Source of the DNA: Candidatus Omnitrophota bacterium
GTDB lineage: Bacteria; Omnitrophota; Gorgyraeia; 2-01-FULL-45-10
Length of the DNA: 64,000 nucleotides
Direction: 5' to 3'
NCBI GenBank assembly: GCA_041650935.1
Contig: JBAZKH010000005.1
Location: forward strand, 65,574-129,573
Shown: piece by piece, positions 56,924 through 64,000 of the stretch
How positions within the stretch are numbered: the stretch's first letter is position 1
How the letters are laid out: each line of letters opens with the position of its first letter
Notes under the pieces: model-generated
Seen by the model: the letters and a program-made list of their open reading frames with translations, nothing else
Databases searched by the model: none
Told to the model about the DNA's origin: nothing
Program-made: the position numbers and the translations under genes

Positions 56924-57415
56924 TTATCTCCGCCTTAGTTTTTTTCTTAATGCGATCACCGTCTTAGCCGGTATAAAGTTACTTACATCAGCTCCAAGCG
57001 CGGCAGCCTCTTTTATAAGCTTGCTGGAGACATATGAATAATCCTCATGCGGCATCATGAATATCGTCTCTATATCGCTGGACAGCTTCCTGTTTGTCAA
57101 CGCCATCTGAAACTCGTATTCGAAATCCGACAGCATCCTCAGGCCCCGGATCATCACCCGCGAGCCCTTATCCCTAACGTAATCTACGACGAGCCCGCTG
57201 AAGCTATCGACCTCGACATTCTTCATGCCGGCTACGGCATCCTCCAGCATCGATACGCGTTCGGCAACGCTAAAGAGGACCCCTTTAGGCTTATTATGCG
57301 CCACAGAGACTATCACCTTATCGAAAATATTCGAAGCTCTCTCTATAAGGTCTATGTGGCCGTAGGTAACCGGATCGAATGTGCCGGGGTATATCGCTAT
57401 TTTCGGAGAGTTCAT
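56924..57415 (-). CDS. coaD: Phosphopantetheine adenylyltransferase.
   Basis: Motif IAIYPGTFDPVTYGHIDLI. Confidence 0.9.
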   Translation of the reverse strand: MNSPKIAIYPGTFDPVTYGHIDLIERASNIFDKVIVSVAHNKPKGVLFSVAERVSMLEDAVAGMKNVEVDSFSGLVVDYVRDKGSRVMIRGLRMLSDFEYEFQMALTNRKLSSDIETIFMMPHEDYSYVSSKLIKEAAALGADVSNFIPAKTVIALRKKLRRR

Positions 57416-57477
57416 GCGCCCTTAAATTCAAAACTCAAAGCCTCAGGTAACCTTCTCGACTTTGAGCTCAGGTTGTG

Positions 57478-58050
57478 CTAACCGTATTTTTTAAATATCG
57501 TTATTATAGTATCCCCATACTTACGTTCCTTATCGGGGAATAGGCCGTTTAACTCCACTTCAAGGCTATCTGCCCTGGAATGCTCCACAACGACCAAAGC
57601 TATGGGCGACAATATATCATAATAATCCAAATATTGCAAGCATTTTTTCGCCATATCCTTATGATAGGGCGGATCGATAAATATAAGATCGAATTTTTCG
57701 CCATTCTGGTCGAGCCGGTCAAATACCATATAAGCGCTCGACCGCATGACCGCATATTTTGATTCCGGGATACTTAACGACCCCAGGTTCTTATCGATGG
57801 TGGCAAGACAGCGCGAGTTATTCTCAACAAAAGTTACGTGACTGGCACCCCTGGATACAGCCTCCAACCCATAAGCGCCGCTCCCGGCAAATAGGTCCAA
57901 CACCCTTTTACCGTTAACATCCGCAAGGATATTAAAGACGGCTTCCCGCACCCTGTCCTGGGTAGGCCGTATTTCGGTGCCTTTAGGCATCTCTATCAAC
58001 CGTGACCTATATTCCCCGCCTATTATTCTCATACCATCTCCATTACCCAC
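57478..58050 (-). CDS. rsmD: 16S rRNA (guanine966-N2)-methyltransferase.
   Basis: Motifs RIIGGEYRSRLIE and DPPY. Confidence 0.85.
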   Translation of the reverse strand: MGNGDGMRIIGGEYRSRLIEMPKGTEIRPTQDRVREAVFNILADVNGKRVLDLFAGSGAYGLEAVSRGASHVTFVENNSRCLATIDKNLGSLSIPESKYAVMRSSAYMVFDRLDQNGEKFDLIFIDPPYHKDMAKKCLQYLDYYDILSPIALVVVEHSRADSLEVELNGLFPDKERKYGDTIITIFKKYG

Positions 58051-58065
58051 AGGAAAGCTTCCGAT

Positions 58066-60192
58066 TCATGCCACACCGTCCAATCCCATATTGCGGCTGA
58101 ATCTGTCCGCAAGCGTCTCTTTAAGCAGTCTATGATGTTCTTCCGAAAGCCCCGGATCCCTCGCAACAAGATTAAACGCCTCGAGCCTAGCGCGCTCCAT
58201 TATATCAAAATCTTTCAATATATTGCCGAATTTTATCTCGGGAAGCCCGTGCTGTTTCGTACCGAAAAATTCTCCGGGACCGCGGATATCCAGGTCCGCT
58301 TCCGCAATCCGGAAACCATCCAGGGTACTCTCTATCGCGGCTATCCTCTTCACCGCTTCCGGCGTCCCGGGATCCGCCAATAGTATACAGAAAGATTCAT
58401 GCTCGCCGCGGCCCACACGCCCTCTCAGCTGGTGAAGCTGCGACAGGCCGAACCTCTCGGCATTCTCGACCACCATAACGGTGGCGTTGGAGACATCTAT
58501 ACCCACTTCGATAACCACCGTCGATACAAGTATATCTATCTTTCTATTTTTGAAATCTTCCATCACCCGCTCTTTTTCCGCTGAAGGCATCCTTCCATGC
58601 AGCATCCCGATCTTGTAATCCGTAAAAATCCCGGATTTCAAGTCGTTAAATATTTCTTCGGCAGCGCCGGTTTTTGATTTTGGATTTGTGAATTGGCCCT
58701 TGTTTCGTATTTCGGATTTAGTATTTCGAATTTGACCGTCGATTAAAGGGCATACTACATACGCCTGATAGCCTTTTTGGAGTTCTTCTTTGACAAAATC
58801 ATAAGCCTCGCCACGCTTGCTTTGCTCGACCCAGTATGTTTCGATCGGCTTGCGGCCCTTCGGCAATTCCCTGATCACCGACATATCGAGATCGCCATAA
58901 ACCGTAAGCGCAAGTGTCCTGGGTATGGGCGTGGCCGTCATCACAAGGATGTGCGGATTATACCCTTTATCTTTCAAAACAGCTCTCTGCGTCACTCCGA
59001 ATTTGTGCTGTTCGTCTATTACAGCCAGGCCCATCTTTTTGAACTGGACCGACTCCTGGATAACAGAGTGCGTCCCGACGACGATATCGACATTGCCGAG
59101 CCTTATCTCGTCGGCCACCCGGGCCTTAGCATCCACCTTCATGCCGCCGATCAAAAGCGATATATTAACGCCCAGCGGCATCAGAAGCTCGCTCAAACCT
59201 ATAAAGTGCTGCCTTGCGAGAACTTCGGTCGGCGCCATAATTACGCCCTGGAAGCCGTTTTGCACAGTCAGGATGAGGGCATAAGCCGCAACTATCGTCT
59301 TTCCGCTGCCCACATCCCCTTCGAGGAGCCGGTTCATCGGCCTTGTTAGCGACATGTCGCGCGCTATGTCGGCCATCGCCTTCTTTTGGCCCTGCGTAAG
59401 TTCGAACGGCATACTCTTCAAGAACGAATCGACGAGCGCGCCGGAAACCCTGTGCCCAAGGCCGCGCTCATCCGTCTTCCGTTCGCGCTTTTTAACCGCC
59501 AGAGCAAGCTGCAGCATGAAGAACTCTTCGAATACGATCCGCCTGTATGCCTTCTCGAGGTTCTCAAATGTTACCGGGAAATGGATATTGCGCACCGCGA
59601 ATTTAACATCGACCAATTTTTCTCTGGCCAGTATATAAGTAGGCAGCCGCTCGGCCAAAAATTTGCCGTATTTTGCAACGGCCGTATCCGCGAGGGCGCG
59701 CAAATATCTCTGGGTCAGGCCGCCAGAGGCAGGATATATAGGGACGATCCTGCCTATGTGGAGCGAGTCGATGTCTTCCGCCTCCACTATCTCGTATTCC
59801 GGCTGGATCACCTGAAGATGATCGCGCACCTCGATTTTGCCGTACAGGATCACCCTTTGCCCTTTTTTGAAATAATCCTTAAGGTACGGTTGGTTAAACC
59901 ATGTTGCCCGGACAGATCCGGTCCCGTCCGTTACGGTAATCTGGAAAAAGGGCATACCCGATTTCGCGATACGGCTGGTGCAGTTAACAATCTCGCCTTC
60001 GACGGTCCGGTGTTCTCCCGGCTTTAAATCTTTTATAGCGGTAAGGTTCGACCTATCCTCATACCGCATAGGCAGATAGTATAGAAGATCTTCCGCCGTC
60101 TCGATACCGATCTTTGCGAGCAGCGCCCCTTTCTTCGGCCCCACCCCTTTGAAATATCTCACCGGTGTTTTTAACATATTACTGTCTCTCAT
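58066..60192 (-). CDS. recG: ATP-dependent DNA helicase RecG.
   Basis: Wedge domain plus SF2 helicase motifs (GDVGSGKT, DEQHKFG). 708 aa. Confidence 0.9.
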   Translation of the reverse strand: MRDSNMLKTPVRYFKGVGPKKGALLAKIGIETAEDLLYYLPMRYEDRSNLTAIKDLKPGEHRTVEGEIVNCTSRIAKSGMPFFQITVTDGTGSVRATWFNQPYLKDYFKKGQRVILYGKIEVRDHLQVIQPEYEIVEAEDIDSLHIGRIVPIYPASGGLTQRYLRALADTAVAKYGKFLAERLPTYILAREKLVDVKFAVRNIHFPVTFENLEKAYRRIVFEEFFMLQLALAVKKRERKTDERGLGHRVSGALVDSFLKSMPFELTQGQKKAMADIARDMSLTRPMNRLLEGDVGSGKTIVAAYALILTVQNGFQGVIMAPTEVLARQHFIGLSELLMPLGVNISLLIGGMKVDAKARVADEIRLGNVDIVVGTHSVIQESVQFKKMGLAVIDEQHKFGVTQRAVLKDKGYNPHILVMTATPIPRTLALTVYGDLDMSVIRELPKGRKPIETYWVEQSKRGEAYDFVKEELQKGYQAYVVCPLIDGQIRNTKSEIRNKGQFTNPKSKTGAAEEIFNDLKSGIFTDYKIGMLHGRMPSAEKERVMEDFKNRKIDILVSTVVIEVGIDVSNATVMVVENAERFGLSQLHQLRGRVGRGEHESFCILLADPGTPEAVKRIAAIESTLDGFRIAEADLDIRGPGEFFGTKQHGLPEIKFGNILKDFDIMERARLEAFNLVARDPGLSEEHHRLLKETLADRFSRNMGLDGVA

Positions 60193-60206
60193 AGCTATCC
60201 TTTCAA

Positions 60207-60461
60207 AACCTAAAACTCGTTATGTTCGCGCAACCACCTAAAAAGGCGGCAAGAAAAATGTTTCCCTGGTCTTCTCTAACTATAGCCAGGGCCGGTTTTT
60301 TGTTCGTCGAAAAACGGGAGCCTGCGGAACTCGGCCGCATGGAAGCGGCCTCAAACATCCTCGGCTCTTTTGATATGAAAAAAATTCTTATATATAAACC
60401 GTTTTTCTTCTCACAAAAAACCTAACATTTTTATTGCGCGAACATAACTAGAGTTTTAGGT
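60207..60461. repeat. About 255-bp element bounded by 27-28-bp terminal inverted repeats (candidate MITE or operator pair).
   Basis: aacctaaaactcgttatgttcgcgcaa at 60207-60233 matches the reverse complement of 60434-60461 with one 2-nt indel. Confidence 0.55.
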
Positions 60462-60601
60462 CTTAACCTGATAAATCTAACCAGGTCAGAAAAATTCTCT
60501 CACTCTATCCGGGAGAGATCGTGCTTCTCTCCCCGCTTCCCCCGGTAATTTTTTTCGACAAGTCAGGTAATGTGATGCGGCACCGTGGTGAGCAGGGCGT
60601 T

Positions 60602-60666
60602 AAAAGTTCGAGGCAGCGTATGAGAACTTTTACGGAGCGCAATTTTCACATAGCTGAAAATTGCGC
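60602..60666 (+). promoter_or_regulatory. Two consecutive perfect hairpins (8-bp and 10-bp stems) in the region upstream of rpmB.
   Basis: aaaagttc...gaactttt at 60602-60631 and gcgcaatttt...aaaattgcgc at 60637-60666. Confidence 0.35.
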
Positions 60667-60826
60667 GGCCTGAACGAACCACGTTGGCACAGCACATTTG
60701 ACTGTTACAGCGAAAAATTTTGCTTGCATCACTTCGCGACCTATGTTACTATAACACACTCAATGCTTCGGCTCTGCCCAGGTTTGATACTGAACAAACC
60801 GAAGCATCAAAATGGAGCAAGCAAAT

Positions 60827-61057
60827 ATGTCTAAAATATGCGTCATCTGCGGTAAAAAACCGGTCGCCGGCAGAACTATCGTCCGCCGCGGTCTTGCCAA
60901 GAAAAAAGGCGGCGTCGGCCAGAAGATAACCGGCATCAACCCGCGCAGATTTTTACCTAACCTGAAGACCGTCAGAGCAATCGTAGACGGCACCCCCAAG
61001 AGGATACGCGTCTGCGTAAAATGCCTCAAGGCCGGAAAGGTCGTAAAGGCGCTTTAA
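60827..61057 (+). CDS. rpmB: 50S ribosomal protein L28.
   Basis: MSKICVICGKKPVAG...RRFLPNL is the L28 signature. The start is chosen at MSKIC rather than the upstream MEQAN. Confidence 0.85.
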   Translation: MSKICVICGKKPVAGRTIVRRGLAKKKGGVGQKITGINPRRFLPNLKTVRAIVDGTPKRIRVCVKCLKAGKVVKAL

Positions 61058-61077
61058 CCCGTCCGCATGTACCGGCA

Positions 61078-61446
61078 TCACGGCACGATAAATTTCTTCA
61101 AGGTCGCCTCGAGATCCGCTATCTTCACCGGTTTCGATAAATAAGCATCGGCACCAAGATTTTCCGCATCCCGCGCGTACTCCCTGTCTGTTTTAGCGGT
61201 AATTATGATAACGGGGATCGCCGCCGTGTATGGATCCTTCTTCAGTTCCGCGAGTACTGTAAATCCGTTCATCTCAGCCATAACGAGGTCGAGCAATACA
61301 ACGTCCGGGCTGTCCTTCTTTGCCGCCTCGAGCCCTGCTTTACCCTCGTATGCGCAAATGATACGATACCCGCCCGCCTCAAGTCTCATCCTTAAAGTAG
61401 CCGCAAAATCGACTTCGTCGTCAATAATCAGTATTGTCTTTGCCAT
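61078..61446 (-). CDS. Single-domain response regulator (CheY-like receiver).
   Basis: ILIIDDEVD... with the phospho-acceptor D in VVLLDLVM and a K in LSKP. Confidence 0.8.
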   Translation of the reverse strand: MAKTILIIDDEVDFAATLRMRLEAGGYRIICAYEGKAGLEAAKKDSPDVVLLDLVMAEMNGFTVLAELKKDPYTAAIPVIIITAKTDREYARDAENLGADAYLSKPVKIADLEATLKKFIVP

Positions 61447-61483
61447 AATCCCGCCATGCGTCCTAATATATCACATTATCGTC

Positions 61484-63727
61484 TTAAGCACGCGTAAAAT
61501 AGAGCGCCGCAAGAAGAATAAAATTTAAGGCCGCCGCGGCCCAGCACGATTCGGGTATGCCAAGAACGGGAATCAGAAAAACTCCGGTAACGAGAGCGCC
61601 CAGGCACGAGCCGATCAAATCGACCCCGTACGTCATTCCCGCAACGGCACCTATATCCCGCCCGCCCGCGGCGCATATCTTATTCGCGAGCGGAAATTGG
61701 AACCCGCCTATAAACCCCGCCAATAAAGGCAGAAGGTTAAATACCACATTCTGACCAAACCATGAAACCGCGCCCAAACCTGAAGCGCCAAGCGGTCCAA
61801 ATATTACCGGAAGCGCCAGAGGATAAACGACGAAGAGAAGCTGTGTCCTTAAGAAGGCGCTGCGACAATCCCCGAGCCGCGGGATAAGTTTTACGGCAGA
61901 CCAGCCGCCCGCGACAAGTCCAAGCATAAATAGAGCCAGGATCATGCTCAACTTGTAAAACAGGTAACCATAAAGTATCTGAAACGTGAGGAGCAATATC
62001 ATCTGGACGGCCATACTGCCGAAACCTGCCCCGGCCAAAGATATCATAGCCATCTTTTTAAAAGCATCCTTACGAGAATATAAAAAGACTAAGACCAGAG
62101 TCATAATGCCGTAAAGCGCGAATAGTATCTTGCGGAGCGCGCCTCTACTCACAGCGGCGAAAATTTTTGTGCATAGCGACTCTCTGAACCTCGATGTCCA
62201 AAAAGCTATATTGTAAAAATAAGATACCGGGTAAAGGTCGCGGTTGACCTGCGTTCCGGGCACAGGCGTCACTACCCTATTGATCTCCGCTATATTCTGC
62301 GCGGATAGACGCGCCGAAAGATAGTATTCCCTTACATATTCGAGCCCGACACCCCGCACGCGCGCCCTATCCATCAGTACGGCATAATCGTATGTCAGCA
62401 AGCCCGCTTCATCCGTTGCCAGAAAATGCGCCGTCTCGCCGGGGATGACAAGAACATCCCTGAAGCTGCATTTTAAGGTGGCATATATGGAACGTAAAAA
62501 AGCCGCCAGTTCCTTATTTATGAAATTTTCGGAAGAGGTAACCCCGAAAGATATCAGGCCGCCGGGCCGCAAGACTCTCTTTGCCTCCTCAAAAAATTCA
62601 CGGGTATAGAACCTGTTCAGTTGCGCGGTGTACGGATCACCGACATTTATTATAATGCAATCGTATTTTCCGGCAGTGGTCTTTACGAAGAATCTGCCGT
62701 CTGTATTTTTGACGGCGGTACGCCTGTCATGAAGCGGTAAAGAGTACTCCCCGGGAAGATGTTTCTCGACCATTAGCACGATCAGTGGATCGAGCTCGAC
62801 ATAATCGACCCTGGCGCCCGGGTGCTTAAGGGCCTCCGCGACCAGCCCGCCGGCGCCGCCGCCGATCAAAAGAATCTCTCTTGGGTCAGGGTGCTCGAGA
62901 AGCGCAAAGTGGACCGACTCTTCGGCCCTTTGCCTGTCCGGCAGGGCGTATAAGAAGAGCCCGTTATCGAAAAACGCGAACTGGCCCGGGCGCTTAGTCA
63001 GGACGATATTACCGTAAATGGAATTCTTCGATGCGGTAAGCTCATAAGGCGCCCACTCTTTGGCTAGAGAATACACCTCGAGCCTCTCCCATCCGTTAAA
63101 CGCAAAGATCGCAAGGGATACGGCAAGCAGGACGACTGCCAGCGCCGATGAAATCTTTTTAAGTCCGCCCGCTCCGGAAAAATGCAGCAGGATTGCGGCG
63201 GCGGCAAAATTCATAACGGCCAGGACAGCCATTATATGTATAGAGTTGAATAGTTTTATCAGGATACACCCGGCTATACCCCCGCCGATCGCCGCTCCTA
63301 TCCCTTCAAGGACATAGACCTTGCCGGCGGACTTGTAGATACGCGAGCCTAGCGAAAAAAGAAAACCCAGGACAGCGCAAAACGGGACCAGGACCGCCAG
63401 AGTGGCTACAATCATGGGAAATACCGGTATTATCTCGCCCGGAGCGATATGGAGAGAACCCCTTAAGGCGCGGATAATGCATATAATAACCGGCAGCGCC
63501 GCGCCAACCGCTAACTGCAGCAAACCGAAGACTGCGACCCTTTCCTTTATCGTGTCGGCAAACCTTCCGAGGAAGAGGCTTCCTGCGGCGCCGCCGAAGA
63601 GCCAGGATGCCAGGATAAAGCTTATAGAAAGCTCACTGCCGTAAAAGATGATAAGCAGTTCACGCATGAATATTATCTGCGCGGCCATCGCGGTAACGCC
63701 GATACAGATTATCGAAATGACTGCCAT
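61484..63727 (-). CDS. Membrane-embedded spermidine-synthase-like protein (multi-TM N-terminal domain fused to an aminopropyltransferase/SAM-MTase fold).
   Basis: More than 8 predicted TM helices precede the SpeE-like motif ILLIGGGAGGLVAEALKHP. Confidence 0.6.
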   Translation of the reverse strand: MAVISIICIGVTAMAAQIIFMRELLIIFYGSELSISFILASWLFGGAAGSLFLGRFADTIKERVAVFGLLQLAVGAALPVIICIIRALRGSLHIAPGEIIPVFPMIVATLAVLVPFCAVLGFLFSLGSRIYKSAGKVYVLEGIGAAIGGGIAGCILIKLFNSIHIMAVLAVMNFAAAAILLHFSGAGGLKKISSALAVVLLAVSLAIFAFNGWERLEVYSLAKEWAPYELTASKNSIYGNIVLTKRPGQFAFFDNGLFLYALPDRQRAEESVHFALLEHPDPREILLIGGGAGGLVAEALKHPGARVDYVELDPLIVLMVEKHLPGEYSLPLHDRRTAVKNTDGRFFVKTTAGKYDCIIINVGDPYTAQLNRFYTREFFEEAKRVLRPGGLISFGVTSSENFINKELAAFLRSIYATLKCSFRDVLVIPGETAHFLATDEAGLLTYDYAVLMDRARVRGVGLEYVREYYLSARLSAQNIAEINRVVTPVPGTQVNRDLYPVSYFYNIAFWTSRFRESLCTKIFAAVSRGALRKILFALYGIMTLVLVFLYSRKDAFKKMAMISLAGAGFGSMAVQMILLLTFQILYGYLFYKLSMILALFMLGLVAGGWSAVKLIPRLGDCRSAFLRTQLLFVVYPLALPVIFGPLGASGLGAVSWFGQNVVFNLLPLLAGFIGGFQFPLANKICAAGGRDIGAVAGMTYGVDLIGSCLGALVTGVFLIPVLGIPESCWAAAALNFILLAALYFTRA

Positions 63728-63984
63728 GCTACCACCGATCCAAATAAGATAAGGAAGAGTGCGCAGGATACCCTGAAAACAAACCTGGCTTTTTCGGATT
63801 TAAGGAACCGGGCGGGCACAAGCCCTATTATGCCTGCCATTGCACCGGCTGTTATAAATCCCGAAAGAAAAGTACCCGCCCCAAATGAAACGGCATATAG
63901 CGCGCCCTGGAACGCGCCGCGCGATATAAGCGCTATCTCCGCCAACAGGGCCATAAGCGGCGCACACGGCGCGCCGCCTATCAA
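63709..63984 (-). CDS. Hypothetical membrane protein (start uncertain, near the window edge).
   Basis: Hydrophobic ORF co-oriented with the downstream gene. Confidence 0.25.
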   Translation of the reverse strand: MIGGAPCAPLMALLAEIALISRGAFQGALYAVSFGAGTFLSGFITAGAMAGIIGLVPARFLKSEKARFVFRVSCALFLILFGSVVAWQSFR

Positions 63985-64000
63985 AAAACCGAATACGATT

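Noticed and set aside
60222-60425. 67-aa plus-strand ORF between recG and rpmB.
   Set aside because: It lies wholly inside the inverted-repeat-bounded element, with no RBS-like context. It is probably non-coding.
1-64000. CRISPR array search.
   Set aside because: No regularly spaced 25-40-bp direct repeats with unique spacers are present. The only tandem repeats are the 12-bp SEK repeat and the tRNA-end duplications.

Overview
The 64-kb window comes from an anaerobic, likely acetogenic bacterium. Almost all confident genes from 11.8 to 60.2 kb lie on the minus strand. It splits into two compositionally distinct parts.

(1) Positions 1 to about 11850 are AT-rich accessory DNA organised around tRNA genes. 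A tRNA-Tyr has degenerate 3'-end copies and two ~95-bp direct repeats bracketing an 8.3-kb block. That block carries a COG2865/Schlafen-like regulator, a sigma-70 region-2-only protein and a 1641-aa secreted protein with HAD-like and phosphoribosyltransferase-like modules. A tRNA-Thr(TGT) gene appears to be split through its anticodon loop by a ~1.5-kb insert. The insert carries a HigB/HigA-like toxin-antitoxin pair and a second, intact tRNA-Thr(TGT). A further AbrB-type antitoxin/toxin pair and a 5'-truncated secreted-protein gene lie at the window start. No integrase is visible.

(2) Positions 11850 to 64000 are a GC-rich core. Housekeeping genes include nnrD, acpS, pdxJ, cdaR-cdaA, folP, ftsH, tilS, a pseudopilin-like trio, a GH3 protein, tRNA-Met, mnmA and apbE. 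A large Wood-Ljungdahl cluster follows (fhs, fchA, folD, metF, acsB, acsC, RACo, cooC, acsD, two acsE paralogs), interleaved with panB/panE and secreted hypotheticals. Further along are fabD-fabH-plsX-rpmF, ackA-pta, coaD, rsmD, recG, rpmB, a response regulator and a membrane spermidine-synthase-like protein.

Notable unexplained structure includes a 45-bp palindromic element present twice in opposite orientation inside the Wood-Ljungdahl cluster. A radical-SAM/SPASM gene sits directly downstream of two tandem paralogous secreted beta-helix proteins. A roughly 255-bp element with 27-bp terminal inverted repeats lies between recG and rpmB. Several short intergenic repeat motifs were also found.
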